Below, piece after piece: positions 1 through 9,865 of a DNA stretch of 53,171 nucleotides. Origin of the DNA: Candidatus Yanofskybacteria bacterium RIFCSPHIGHO2_02_FULL_43_17 (GTDB lineage: Bacteria; Patescibacteriota; Minisyncoccia; 2-02-FULL-40-12; GWA2-44-9). The position numbers were made by a program, and so were the translations under genes. Every line of letters starts with the position of its first letter. Within the stretch, counting starts at the first letter, position 1. The notes beneath the pieces were generated by a model, which was not told the DNA's origin, made no database searches, and worked only from the letters and a program-made list of their open reading frames with translations. Location of the stretch: NCBI GenBank assembly GCA_001794435.1, contig MGJU01000014.1:93494-146664 (forward strand), written 5' to 3'.

Positions 1-401
1 GGCCCCCCGTTTCTGCCGCTGGTGCGGGCGGTGTTCATTATATTTCTGCCCATAGCCATCAGTATTTCTCTGGCGGCGCATCTGGCGATAATGTCTTGAT
101 GAGTTTCTTTTGCGGTGTAAGATCTTCTAAAACTTCCCGTTTCATCTCTAACCACCTGATCACTTACCGGCACCGTACCGCCAATATTAGTTATTAATCC
201 TCCTAAAAACCGAGAGAATAATCCTCTTACTAAACCCTCAAGGATTCTCAGTCCCTGGCTAATCAAGCCGGAAATAAATCCGCCCGCCGTGCAGGAGGTG
301 AAGCTAATGGTAGATTCCAAAACTCCGGCTTGGGCAACCTGAACAAATGACGGAAATACGAGAGACAGGATAATTATAATCGGCAGTATTTTTTTAATCA
401 T
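1..401 (-). CDS. Secreted/membrane hypothetical protein, 5' part (runs off the window)
   Basis: ATG at 401 directly follows the stop of the upstream ORF. Reads MIKKILPIIIILSLVFPSFVQVAQAG... (signal peptide ending AQA) and stays open to the window edge. Not in the ORF track. Confidence 0.75.
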   Translation of the reverse strand, partial: MIKKILPIIIILSLVFPSFVQVAQAGVLESTISFTSCTAGGFISGLISQGLRILEGLVRGLFSRFLGGLITNIGGTVPVSDQVVRDETGSFRRSYTAKETHQDIIARCAAREILMAMGRNIMNTARTSGRNGG

Positions 402-1316
402 TTATTTGAATATGGTTTGATCCGGTCTTAGCTCGTTCAGTTGTATTTTTTTGGAGTATGATTCCGTGATTTCAGGAAGAATTTCCCAAAGCTGGACTAT
501 TTTGTTCAAACCGGCGACTGCTTTTATGGGATCATTCGCTCCGGAAACGACAGCTTGGCTTGCTTGCGACAATTCTCCGACGAGCTTGATTACGCCAAGA
601 TGACTGCTTTCCCAGTTTTTTGGGACGCCTATTTTTAATAATTCACCGTATATTTCCTGATATCTGGAAGCCGATCCGCTGAAACTTTTCGCAACCCCTC
701 CGTACGCCATTCCGTATGCGCCGATGTTATTTAGATTTTCTTCAAGCGCGAGCATTTGTTCGACAAATGTTTTAAGGAGCTTTTCGTGGGTTCGGGAAAA
801 CTCTTCAATATAATTTTGCTGGGAAAACTTGTCGGAGTCTATGATTCTAATCTCGGTTTTTGAGAGGTCTGCTTCAAAACTAGTTATCGCGTCTTCGGCT
901 ATTACGTCAGCTAAGTCGCTTAACGATTGTTCGTAGTTAGGACTGTCTGGTTTCAAAGAACCTTCAACCAAACCGGATAGAGCAAGTTGAGACATTTTCA
1001 TCGTCAAGTTGTCGTTTGTTGGAAGCAGATCATCCGGCCCGGGTATCAGAGGATCGTGGCCGGAAGCCACTTCTTCCCCATCAAGATAACCGTCTCCGTC
1101 GCTATCAGGATTGTTTGAATCAGTACTCCAATATGACTCCTCTCTGTTATTGAGACCGTCATCATCCCAATCGGCATCGTTTTCAATGGGCGTATTAATA
1201 TTTGCTTGGCTGGGCTTTAAGTTCAACTCGGCTTTTAGGTTTTTAAATCCAAAATAAACCAAAAATATGGCTACGAATACCATTAAACCAGATATTATTT
1301 TGTATCTGTTAGGCAA
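402..1316 (-). CDS. Membrane-anchored protein with thrombospondin type 3-like Ca-binding repeats
   Basis: N-terminal TM helix, then DWDDDGL..EE and DSDGDGYLDGEE..GHDP motifs. Confidence 0.75.
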   Translation of the reverse strand: MPNRYKIISGLMVFVAIFLVYFGFKNLKAELNLKPSQANINTPIENDADWDDDGLNNREESYWSTDSNNPDSDGDGYLDGEEVASGHDPLIPGPDDLLPTNDNLTMKMSQLALSGLVEGSLKPDSPNYEQSLSDLADVIAEDAITSFEADLSKTEIRIIDSDKFSQQNYIEEFSRTHEKLLKTFVEQMLALEENLNNIGAYGMAYGGVAKSFSGSASRYQEIYGELLKIGVPKNWESSHLGVIKLVGELSQASQAVVSGANDPIKAVAGLNKIVQLWEILPEITESYSKKIQLNELRPDQTIFK

Positions 1317-1468
1317 TCTTAATTGCGACTTGCAAGTTGCAATTCGCGACTTTTACTAGTCGCTAGTTGCTAATTACTAGTCGCTAATTTAATTATACCA
1401 CTTAAAAACAGCCTGATTTCCAGGCCAGCTGTTGATATTAGGGGTCAGTTAAAAAGAGGGGTTGCCGA

Positions 1469-1840
1469 TTAAAACAAAGAGGTGCCCATCATTCTTATAA
1501 TTGGGCCGTTTCCGACAGGGATACCGGGGCAACAAGGACATTGAGTTGGGGTCGGTTGATAGCAAGTGCGGTTTCCGCTGGCAAGACCGAGAGACCATGA
1601 GGGTGGCCACAAAGAATAGAATCGATATAATCTGCTAATGCCCGGAACATAAATAAAAGTTCCACCTCGGGGAGGGCCGACTGTTATCATTAAGGTTCCC
1701 GGTGAACACAGACAAGGTATGGTAGTGATTTTTCTGCCGCCCACCAGAGAATTGACAGGATTTAACGATAAAGCAAAAACGTCGAACGGCGATAACAATA
1801 ATGCGACAGCGGTAATGGTAAAAATGGTTGTTGTTCTCAT
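1469..1840 (-). CDS. Small Cys-rich secreted protein
   Basis: Signal peptide MRTTTIFTITAVALLLSP..A and several Cys (PCLCS, CYQ, CPCCP). Start 1840 chosen because TATAAT lies just upstream. Confidence 0.65.
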   Translation of the reverse strand: MRTTTIFTITAVALLLSPFDVFALSLNPVNSLVGGRKITTIPCLCSPGTLMITVGPPRGGTFIYVPGISRLYRFYSLWPPSWSLGLASGNRTCYQPTPTQCPCCPGIPVGNGPIIRMMGTSLF

Positions 1841-1847
1841 GATAAAA

Positions 1848-2630
1848 TTATACCCTAGAAACAATTTTTATCCAATCTTTCAAAAACAACTCCTCGGGTC
1901 GTGCCTCTGGTTTAATGCCGGATTTATTTAACCCTTCGAGACCGATAGTGTTTTTGAGTTGTTTCCTTTTTCCCGCAAAGGCGGTTCGGATCAGCTTAAA
2001 CAGATTGTAGCGCAGTAGCGGATCGGTGCGATAGTTTTCATTTTTTGGCATGAGTCGAATGATTGCTGAATCGACTTTTGGCATCGGTCTGAAACTGCCC
2101 CGCGATACATAGCTGATGATTTTAGGTTCAGCGTAAAATTGGACCGACAAGGCAAGCAGGTTCATCTTGGGGGGTTTGGCGACTATTCTTTGCGCCACTT
2201 CTTTTTGTACCATCAGCACGATACGTTCCGGCATGGGCCATTTTTCAAAGATTGTTTTTAGAAGATACGAAGTAATATAGTATGGAATATTGCCGACTAG
2301 TTTGTAGGTGTTAGCGCAGTAGCGCAGTAGATTAGCCCCGTCTATTTTTAAGACATCTTCTTGTATAATTTCTACGTTATTGTAATCCCTAAGCCCTTCT
2401 TTCAGTACTGGTATTAAACCTCGATCTTTTTCTATGGCGACTACATTTTTTGCTATTTTTGCCAACTCTTTAGTTAAGTTTCCAGTTCCGGGGCCGACTT
2501 CAACTACGATATCCCCTTCTTTTAAATCTGCGGCAAGTATAATTTTTTTCAATACCCCCCGGTTTATCAGAAAGTTTTGACCCAAAGATTTTTTAGGATA
2601 AATTATCAATTTACAAATATCAGTTTTCAA
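1848..2630 (-). CDS. rsmA: 16S rRNA adenine dimethyltransferase RsmA/KsgA
   Basis: KKSLGQNFL, VEVGPGTG, GNIPYYIT, MVQKEVAQR and PKVDSA motifs. True start may be a few codons downstream. Confidence 0.95.
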   Translation of the reverse strand: MKTDICKLIIYPKKSLGQNFLINRGVLKKIILAADLKEGDIVVEVGPGTGNLTKELAKIAKNVVAIEKDRGLIPVLKEGLRDYNNVEIIQEDVLKIDGANLLRYCANTYKLVGNIPYYITSYLLKTIFEKWPMPERIVLMVQKEVAQRIVAKPPKMNLLALSVQFYAEPKIISYVSRGSFRPMPKVDSAIIRLMPKNENYRTDPLLRYNLFKLIRTAFAGKRKQLKNTIGLEGLNKSGIKPEARPEELFLKDWIKIVSRV

Positions 2631-2645
2631 TAAATTTACAATTCA

Positions 2646-3002
2646 TCAATTATCCAATGAAGAGCATATTTTTTGAAAGATCATTAGCAATTCTTGATTT
2701 TCTCGGCCTAATTTATCTAGTTCCTTGTTTTCGGTAGTGTATTCACCAATCATTTGTAGCCAGTATTTAGTTTCTTGGGATTCTTTCTTGCAAAGAAAAA
2801 TTTTATTTCTAAAGTCCTTTTTTGAGCTTGCATTGTTTGCTTCCGCGTAATTTGCGCCGACACTTGTACCCGCGCGAACAAGCTGATTTATAATAGGGTC
2901 AGATACGGGATCTCTTTTAAGTAATTTACAAAATCTAATTATTGATACGCCAAATTTAGTAGTTCGTTCAGGCAAGTCGTATTTATTGGGTAATTGATTC
3001 AT
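2646..3002 (-). CDS. Four-helix-bundle protein (23S rRNA-IVP / TIGR02436-like)
   Basis: QLVRAGTSVGANYAEA..SKKDF..K...CKKESQETKYWL signature. Confidence 0.9.
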   Translation of the reverse strand: MNQLPNKYDLPERTTKFGVSIIRFCKLLKRDPVSDPIINQLVRAGTSVGANYAEANNASSKKDFRNKIFLCKKESQETKYWLQMIGEYTTENKELDKLGRENQELLMIFQKICSSLDN

Positions 3003-3040
3003 TGATGCTTTAGTGTAAATTGATTATTGAAAATTGTAAA

Positions 3041-5035
3041 TTAGTAGTAGACTTTGTCTTCGTAGTCGTCGTCAAAATCGGTCCCGGTTGTTTCAAATGA
3101 TGCAAGGTGGGCCGGTATTTCTCCCAAAAACCTAGACGGAAGATTAGTCTGGGTTGAGCCGAAAATATTTCTGTACTTGGTAAAAGTTAAGATTAACCTT
3201 TCTTTTGCTCTTGTAATGGCCACATAACAAAGACGCCTTTCCTCTTCCAACTCGTCAGGATAAAAAAGCGTTCTTGAATGAGGGAACAGCCCTTCTTCAA
3301 GACCGATAATGAAAACAACCGGAAATTCCAGACCTTTTGAAGCGTGAACTGTCATGAGCGTGATCTTGTTGTCGGTGTTCTTGACTCGATCCATATCTTG
3401 GAGCAAAGCGATCTCTTCAAGGAATGATTTCATTCCCTCAGAACACGATTCGCGTCCGCCAGCTGGCGGATCGTATTTTTTTGCGACGGTAAGAAGCTCT
3501 TTCAGGTTTTCTAAGCGTTCTTCGGCATTTTCCGGTGCCCACGTTTCTTTTAAGTATTTTTCATAGCCGGTTGATTTAATGATGTGTTTTATGAAGGTTG
3601 TTAGTTTGCTTTTGTCGATCCCTTCAATCATTTCTTCCAACAGATTGTCGAACGCCTTAATGGCCGCAAGTTGCCTCGCTGGCGCGCTTTTATCCGCCGC
3701 CGCTTTTTTTAGGCCGTTAAGAACGTTGTTTGGGTCCCCACTCAATATCTTGTCTAAGGCGTTTTTGCCTATCCCCCGCGAAGGGGTATTGTATATCCTC
3801 TCAAAACTGATGATATCGGCCGGATTTGTTAGAAATTTAAGGTAAGCAAGAATATCTTTTATCTCTTTTCTGTCGTAAAATTTGATACCCCCGACTATAT
3901 GGTAAGGAAATCCAGCCGAGATAAGAGCTTCTTCTATGGCGCGAGACTGGGCATGAGTACGATACAAAACCACGATGTCGTTCGGCCTCCGGTCTTTTTG
4001 GATCAAGTCATTTATCGTCGATACTATGAAACTTGCTTCTCGTCTTTCGTTGAGGAGTTCTTTGACCAAGATATTCTCGCCGTTTTTGTTGTCGGTCCAA
4101 AGCTCCTTGGGTATCTGGTTTTTGTTGTTGGATATCAGATGACTGGCGGCCGTGATGATGCTTTTGGTTGAACGGTAGTTTTGTTCAAGCATCACGACCT
4201 TCGCTTTGGGATAATCTTTCTGGAAGTTCAGTATATTTCTTATGTCAGCGTGGCGGAACTGATATATTGACTGGGCATCATCGCCTATGCAGAATAAATT
4301 ATTGTGTGCCTTGGCTAGCAAAGAGATGAAAGCATACTGATCTCGGCTCGTGTCTTGATATTCGTCGACGAGTACGTATTTCCAAAGACTTTGATATTTT
4401 TCCAAAATCTTCGGATCGTTTCGGAATAATTTTACGCAGAGAACGATCAGGTCATCGAAATCGACAGCATTCAGCCGTTTCAACTCGTCTTGGTAGTGTT
4501 TATAGACTTTGCTTACTATTTTTTCGAAAAAGCTGTCTTCGGACTCATTTCTCGGTTCGACGAACTCTGTTTTAAAGCGCGATATTCTGGACAGCACAGC
4601 TTTGGGGTGGAATTTTTTGGTATCCAGCTCCAGTTCGGCCATCACTCTTTTCACCAGGCTTGTCTGATCGTCCTCGTCAAAAATAGTGAAACTATTTTTA
4701 TAGCCGAGATTGTGGATTTCCCGCCTCAAGATCTTTAGACCAATGGAATGAAATGTGCCGACCATTGGTAAGGCTGATTGAGTTTCCGGTTCCCAGTTTC
4801 CGATTTTCAACAACTTTTGTACCCGCTCACGCATTTCACCAGCGGCTTTATTTGTGAATGTTAGGGCCAAGATATTCTCGGGTCTTATTCCGCTTGCGAT
4901 AAGGTGAGCGATTCTGTGAGTGAGGCACTTGGTTTTGCCCGAACCAGGGCCGGAGATAACTAAAACAGGGCCGTCAATTGCCTTGACAGCCTCAAGCTGT
5001 TTAGTATTTAAATTTTCTAAAATTTTATTCAACAC
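3041..5035 (-). CDS. pcrA: UvrD/PcrA-family DNA helicase
   Basis: GPGSGKT, TFTNKAA, VDEYQDT, GDDAQSIY, LEQNYRS, TVHASKGLEF and EERRLCYVAITRA motifs. Confidence 0.95.
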   Translation of the reverse strand: MLNKILENLNTKQLEAVKAIDGPVLVISGPGSGKTKCLTHRIAHLIASGIRPENILALTFTNKAAGEMRERVQKLLKIGNWEPETQSALPMVGTFHSIGLKILRREIHNLGYKNSFTIFDEDDQTSLVKRVMAELELDTKKFHPKAVLSRISRFKTEFVEPRNESEDSFFEKIVSKVYKHYQDELKRLNAVDFDDLIVLCVKLFRNDPKILEKYQSLWKYVLVDEYQDTSRDQYAFISLLAKAHNNLFCIGDDAQSIYQFRHADIRNILNFQKDYPKAKVVMLEQNYRSTKSIITAASHLISNNKNQIPKELWTDNKNGENILVKELLNERREASFIVSTINDLIQKDRRPNDIVVLYRTHAQSRAIEEALISAGFPYHIVGGIKFYDRKEIKDILAYLKFLTNPADIISFERIYNTPSRGIGKNALDKILSGDPNNVLNGLKKAAADKSAPARQLAAIKAFDNLLEEMIEGIDKSKLTTFIKHIIKSTGYEKYLKETWAPENAEERLENLKELLTVAKKYDPPAGGRESCSEGMKSFLEEIALLQDMDRVKNTDNKITLMTVHASKGLEFPVVFIIGLEEGLFPHSRTLFYPDELEEERRLCYVAITRAKERLILTFTKYRNIFGSTQTNLPSRFLGEIPAHLASFETTGTDFDDDYEDKVYY

Positions 5036-5174
5036 CTTGTCGACTTTAGCATGTATTGCGGTGAATTAAAATATCTATAAAACTACTGCGAGGTCAGCTC
5101 TTTTGGACACGTCGCTGAGTCTTCGAACTGACTTATGGGGCACGATATTTTTAGTAAAATATGATATTATTTAG

Positions 5175-5564
5175 ATGATGGTTACTATTTTTATCGAGTA
5201 TTTTTATTGGCACTTCGGGGTTGCGCCTTTTGAAATATTCAAGATTATGAAGAACTATCAAATTGCCGTCTGGCATAAGTTTTTGATAGCTAGGCATTTT
5301 CAAACTCTTTTTTCTCCGTGGCACAGGCAGAATGCTTCTGATTTCTGGAGCAGAAAAAAGACCTTTGTAGATAAAATTTCCAATGTAGTGATCGATACCT
5401 ATATCCGTTTGATAGCGGCAGGTTTGAGGTTGACCCTGATTTTATCAGGCCTTATTTTTGAAGCTCTGGTCTTTGTGGGGTTTATGCTGATTTTCATAGC
5501 ATGGCTTGCCTGGCCCGCTCTCGCTATTTACCTGGTTTTTAAGGGTGCGAGTTTCATATTATGA
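5175..5564 (+). CDS. Membrane protein translationally coupled to the Clp-like ATPase
   Basis: YFYWH...TLFSPWHR followed by hydrophobic helices; ATGA overlap with the next gene. Confidence 0.75.
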   Translation: MMVTIFIEYFYWHFGVAPFEIFKIMKNYQIAVWHKFLIARHFQTLFSPWHRQNASDFWSRKKTFVDKISNVVIDTYIRLIAAGLRLTLILSGLIFEALVFVGFMLIFIAWLAWPALAIYLVFKGASFIL

Positions 5565-8080
5565 TTTTCGATTTTGAAAAATCGGCAATATATAAGGCGG
5601 TACTATTCTTTCATTTGTTTCCGGCCGGTGTTTTGAAATTTTGTCGGATTATGTTTTTCGTTCTCGGCAGTATTCCGATCGGACTTTTTTTGGTGAATAT
5701 GGCGTACCCCTTGTCTTTACAAATTCATCTTGGCTGGGCCATGATTGCTTTTCCCTTAGGATTGTCCACGCTGTTTTTTGAATTGTTCGGTAGTTATTTT
5801 TTGAAATATCCCAAAATAAAAAGTACCGGTAATATCGCGGACCTTTTGGAATATCAGGCAGCCAGAGTTTTTGAACAGGCATTTAAATTTTCGCGTTCTT
5901 TTGGTGAAAAGGAACTATCGGTCAGGACTTTATTGGTGGCGATGCTCGAAGATAACGTGATGGATAAATTGTTTACCAGAATTATCCCGACATATAAGGT
6001 AGTCGAGAGACAATTAAAGGAAACTTTAACGACGCCGAATCCGTCTGTGGGCGGGCTTTCCGTGTTCGTCAGCAGAAACATATCTCCTGATGTTCATAAA
6101 CTTCTTGAAGAGGCGCTGGTATTAAGAGATAAGCATGGCAGTAAAAGGATTTCTGTTTTGGATATTATGGCTGCGATGTTCGATTATGACGAGAATTTTA
6201 AGAATTTTATTGTTGGTCAGGATTTGGACAAGAATGATTTGGAGGAATTGGCCGACTGGTACGAACACATCTGGGCTTATTGGAGAGAAGGTAACAAATT
6301 TTGGAGTTTGGAAAATTTGCTTCGTCAGCCGCCGATAGGCCGGGATTGGGTTTTCGGTTTCGCCCGCTATCTTAAAGTTTTCGCCGCAAATTTAACGGAT
6401 AAGATGGAATATTCAAGGCCTATCGTCAGACTTATTTTTAGAAGCAAAGAGATCGAGCAAATTGAACAGATTCTTGTCAGATCAGGTCAAAATAATGTTC
6501 TTTTGGTCGGAGAAGAGGGAGTCGGGAGAGAGCGGATTATTCTTGATTTGGCCGAGTTGATTGCAAGAGGCAAGGCGTTGCCCCAGCTTAACTTTAAGCA
6601 GGTTTTTGATTTAAACCTGTCTCTTATCGTCGGCTCGTCCAAAAGCATAAATGATGTACAAAATTTATTGACAGCCGTTTTGAACGAAGCCGTAAAAGCG
6701 GGAAATATCGTTCTGATTCTCCGTGATTTTCATAATTTTATCGGCGAGATAGGTGGGCTTGGGAGGATAGATGTGACTGAGGTACTCGTCCCCTATTTGA
6801 GGTCGTCTCATATTCAGATTATAGCCACTACAAATCCTGGCGCATTCCACAAATTTATTGAGGGACGGTCAGAACTTACGGAAGTTTTTGAAAGAATTAA
6901 TGTTTTTGAACCGGATGCAGGGCAGACTCTCAAAATGATTCAGGAATTGGTCCCGGCTATAGAGGCCAATCAGGGCGTGGTGTTGACTTTCGGCGCTATA
7001 AAACAAATCGTTCAGGATTCGGATAAATTTATCCGCACATCGCCATTTCCGGAAAAAGCTTTTGATTTGCTGTCAGAGGTTGTTTCTTACAGTATTTCGA
7101 GTAACCGGAGAATCGTGACTAAAACCGAAGTCAGCGAGGTTGTCAGTCGAAAAACAGGAATTCCGTTGGGTCCTATTATCGGAGATGAGAAAGAAAAACT
7201 CGTCCGCCTCGAGGAAATAATGCATCAGGAGCTGATAGGTCAGGACAGGGCCGTGGAGGTAGTAGCATCAACAATGAGAAGGCTTCGAATTGGATTGGCC
7301 AAACGCGGGAAGCCGGCCGGAGTATTTCTTTTTGTGGGTCCGACCGGTGTCGGTAAGACCTTGACTGCCAAAATTCTGGCAAAAACATATTTTGGTTCAG
7401 CCGACAGGATGCTTAGATTTGACATGTCAGAGTATCAGGACACAGATTCTTTGGATAGGTTCATAGGCTCCATAAAAGCTAATGAGCCGGGGCGTTTTGT
7501 GACCGAGGTCAGAGATAATCCGTTTTCGCTGATCTTATTAGATGAGTTGGAGAAAGCCAACAAGAATGTTCTTAATATTTTTCTTCAGGTTTTTGATGAA
7601 GGCAGGTTAACCGATGTTTTTGGAAGAAAAATAAATTTTGAACAGAATATAATCATCGCCACCTCAAATGCCGGAGCTGATCTGGTGAGAGATCTGGTCA
7701 GGCAAGGATTGGATCCGTCATTAGAGAAAGAAAGACTCGTGGATATGATGATTCAGGGAAAGCATTTCAGTCCTGAATTTCTGAACCGTTTTGACGAGAT
7801 AGTCATTTTTCATCCCCTCTCGCAGGATCAGGTTGGTAAAATCACCGAGCTGTTGCTGGCTAATCTAGCTGCGAGAATGAAGGAGCAGGGCTACGAGTTT
7901 ATGCCAACGCCTGAGATAGCTGATTATATCGCCAAGGCCGGTTTTGATCCGCAGTTCGGTGCCCGTCCGATGGAAAGGGTCATTCGGGACAAAGTTGAAA
8001 GCGCGATTGCTACTAAAATTCTTGACGGTAGCATTAGGAAAGGAGAAGGTTTTAGTTTGACGGTGGAAGATCTGAAATAA
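5561..8080 (+). CDS. Membrane-anchored ClpA/B/C-like AAA+ ATPase
   Basis: Two N-terminal TM helices, Clp N-like region, degenerate NBD1 (GEEGVGR), intact NBD2 (GPTGVGKT, LLDELEKA, SPEFLNRFD, FGARPM). Confidence 0.85.
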   Translation: MIFDFEKSAIYKAVLFFHLFPAGVLKFCRIMFFVLGSIPIGLFLVNMAYPLSLQIHLGWAMIAFPLGLSTLFFELFGSYFLKYPKIKSTGNIADLLEYQAARVFEQAFKFSRSFGEKELSVRTLLVAMLEDNVMDKLFTRIIPTYKVVERQLKETLTTPNPSVGGLSVFVSRNISPDVHKLLEEALVLRDKHGSKRISVLDIMAAMFDYDENFKNFIVGQDLDKNDLEELADWYEHIWAYWREGNKFWSLENLLRQPPIGRDWVFGFARYLKVFAANLTDKMEYSRPIVRLIFRSKEIEQIEQILVRSGQNNVLLVGEEGVGRERIILDLAELIARGKALPQLNFKQVFDLNLSLIVGSSKSINDVQNLLTAVLNEAVKAGNIVLILRDFHNFIGEIGGLGRIDVTEVLVPYLRSSHIQIIATTNPGAFHKFIEGRSELTEVFERINVFEPDAGQTLKMIQELVPAIEANQGVVLTFGAIKQIVQDSDKFIRTSPFPEKAFDLLSEVVSYSISSNRRIVTKTEVSEVVSRKTGIPLGPIIGDEKEKLVRLEEIMHQELIGQDRAVEVVASTMRRLRIGLAKRGKPAGVFLFVGPTGVGKTLTAKILAKTYFGSADRMLRFDMSEYQDTDSLDRFIGSIKANEPGRFVTEVRDNPFSLILLDELEKANKNVLNIFLQVFDEGRLTDVFGRKINFEQNIIIATSNAGADLVRDLVRQGLDPSLEKERLVDMMIQGKHFSPEFLNRFDEIVIFHPLSQDQVGKITELLLANLAARMKEQGYEFMPTPEIADYIAKAGFDPQFGARPMERVIRDKVESAIATKILDGSIRKGEGFSLTVEDLK

Positions 8081-8108
8081 GTTAGCCCCCTTCTTCTGTG
8101 GCGACGAC

Positions 8109-8447
8109 TTACTGCTGTTCCTGTGGTTTGGGAATTGGGAGGTCAGAATTATCAGAATTAATCTTTTTCTTGTTTTTTCTCCAAGCAACAATTGCCCATA
8201 CGATTAAGACCGGATAATAGATCATAAGCCCCATCACAAAAAAGGTCGTTAGAATTACAGGAATCAAAGCTCCCATTCCATAATCTCCATATCTAATAAA
8301 CAAAAAGGTAACGAGTACTGTTGCTAATGGAGCTACAAATAAAACTATCCACCTCTTTAATCCTTGAAAAAAGATCGCAAGAGTAATGGTTATTGCTAAT
8401 CCTATAACGGGGAAGAAAAATCCAATTAGGTATAAATTTGTATTCAT
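8109..8447 (-). CDS. Small three-TM membrane protein
   Basis: Three hydrophobic segments and a basic tail. Confidence 0.6.
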   Translation of the reverse strand: MNTNLYLIGFFFPVIGLAITITLAIFFQGLKRWIVLFVAPLATVLVTFLFIRYGDYGMGALIPVILTTFFVMGLMIYYPVLIVWAIVAWRKNKKKINSDNSDLPIPKPQEQQ

Positions 8448-8461
8448 GATGATTTGGGGTT

Positions 8462-8923
8462 TTAAAATTTAAAATATTTTGCAAGGCCGCCGATTATTGG
8501 AAGCTCGTCCATTTTCCCGGTAGCGGCATTTACGATGCCTCGGATACCTATGGCAAATACCGTCAAGTTTACAAAAAATCCAACTAACGAATAAACCAGA
8601 GAAGTTTTTACGCCACCCTCGTCTACCACAAACCTCGAGACTCCGAATGCTATATCTAGTCCGATAGAAACGATATACAAAATGATGCCCTGTTTAAGAT
8701 GGAATTTTGCGAACGGGTCGCGCCAGTCGCCGGTAAAAATAGAAATCAATATACCAATTCCGAAATACATCAATACGGCCAATTTCTTTTTGACTGGTTT
8801 CAATGCTTGGTTAATATCATTTTCCTGCCACCCACTCCCAAGGAGATTCTGTTTAATCTGCTCATCGGTTAATCCTTTTTGACGAGACTGGCCGACGTAT
8901 TTAAGAAGTTCAGAGTCACTCAT
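8462..8923 (-). CDS. DUF4870-like membrane protein with N-terminal helical domain
   Basis: RQKGLTDEQIKQNLLGSGW N-domain; AKFHLKQGI...GIVNAATGKMDELPIIG membrane domain. Confidence 0.7.
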   Translation of the reverse strand: MSDSELLKYVGQSRQKGLTDEQIKQNLLGSGWQENDINQALKPVKKKLAVLMYFGIGILISIFTGDWRDPFAKFHLKQGIILYIVSIGLDIAFGVSRFVVDEGGVKTSLVYSLVGFFVNLTVFAIGIRGIVNAATGKMDELPIIGGLAKYFKF

Positions 8924-9075
8924 GGTTATGAAAAATTTTGGGTTTTTTAAGTTTAGAGTTTCGATCTCGAATATCTAAAACGTAGCATAAATTCTGACCT
9001 CGTGCAAAATAAGAGTTTAATTTTTAGGGTATATGATAGGATTTTTATATGAAAATAGCCGGGATAACCGGCTAT

Positions 9076-9264
9076 CTAAATAGGGCACTGTTGGGGTGGG
9101 TCAAACCACTCAGGCTCACTCCCCAGTTTCACAAAAATTCTACCATCAACGATAAGGTAATTTTCTTTCTTTACCCTAACCCTAATCTTATTTCCATCAG
9201 AATCGATGTGGTAAAATACCGCGCCATCATTATCTGTGCTTTCCACCAGCCACTGATTTATCAT
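9076..9264 (-). CDS. Small hypothetical protein
   Basis: 62-aa ORF preceded by AGGAAAG. Confidence 0.4.
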   Translation of the reverse strand: MINQWLVESTDNDGAVFYHIDSDGNKIRVRVKKENYLIVDGRIFVKLGSEPEWFDPPQQCPI

Positions 9265-9374
9265 TTTTCTTTCCTGTGTAATTTGTAATGCAAGTAGAAT
9301 ATCAGAGAATCAATTTTTATTCAACTGCCCCCAACTCTCAATCAAGCTAAGCTCGATCAATTAAAAACCACGTT

Positions 9375-9647
9375 TTATAGATGCTTGTAGCCTAACTCTC
9401 TCAGGATATCTTGTAATTGTATCTTAAATTCAGCCCTACCCTTACCGCCTTTAAGGAATTTTTCTCTGCGTTTAGCATCAGACCACTTTAGATATGATTC
9501 GTAATGAATGAGTAGCAAGGGTAGCCTGTTTCTAGTTGCAATGCTTTGACCACTTTTATGTTCTCGCAGTCTTCTCTTTAAGTCATTGGTGTAGCCAATA
9601 TATAGATTGCCGTCTTTTTTGCTGAATAAGATGTAGACATAATACAT
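9375..9647 (-). CDS. Stand-alone GIY-YIG nuclease (UPF0213-like)
   Basis: MYYVYIL...LYIGYTNDLKRRLREH...AKRREKFLK. Confidence 0.9.
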   Translation of the reverse strand: MYYVYILFSKKDGNLYIGYTNDLKRRLREHKSGQSIATRNRLPLLLIHYESYLKWSDAKRREKFLKGGKGRAEFKIQLQDILRELGYKHL

Positions 9648-9734
9648 AAGGCAAAGCTTAGCTTTGCAGTAGATAAAAATCAAGTTTATTAGACTTGATT
9701 TTTATTAAGCTCAGATGGACCGAGCTTAGCTCGG

Positions 9735-9805
9735 TGGACCCGGGGAGAATCGAACTCCCGATTCGGCAATGCGAATGCCGCGTAATACCACTTTACGACG
9801 GGCCC
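9735..9805 (-). tRNA. tRNA-Ala(CGC)
   Basis: Acceptor GGGCCCG/CGGGTCC-A with G3:U70; anticodon arm CGGCA-TT-CGC-AT-TGCCG; T-loop TTCGATT; no encoded CCA. Confidence 0.93.
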
Positions 9806-9865
9806 TATTTTATTTTACCCAATTGGGGCGTTCCGGATTGTTTAGTTGGTCATCAAGCCAAATTT

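Noticed and set aside
2646-3002. Diversity-generating retroelement suggested by the Avd-like fold
   Set aside because: No reverse transcriptase and no TR/VR repeat pair seen in the window
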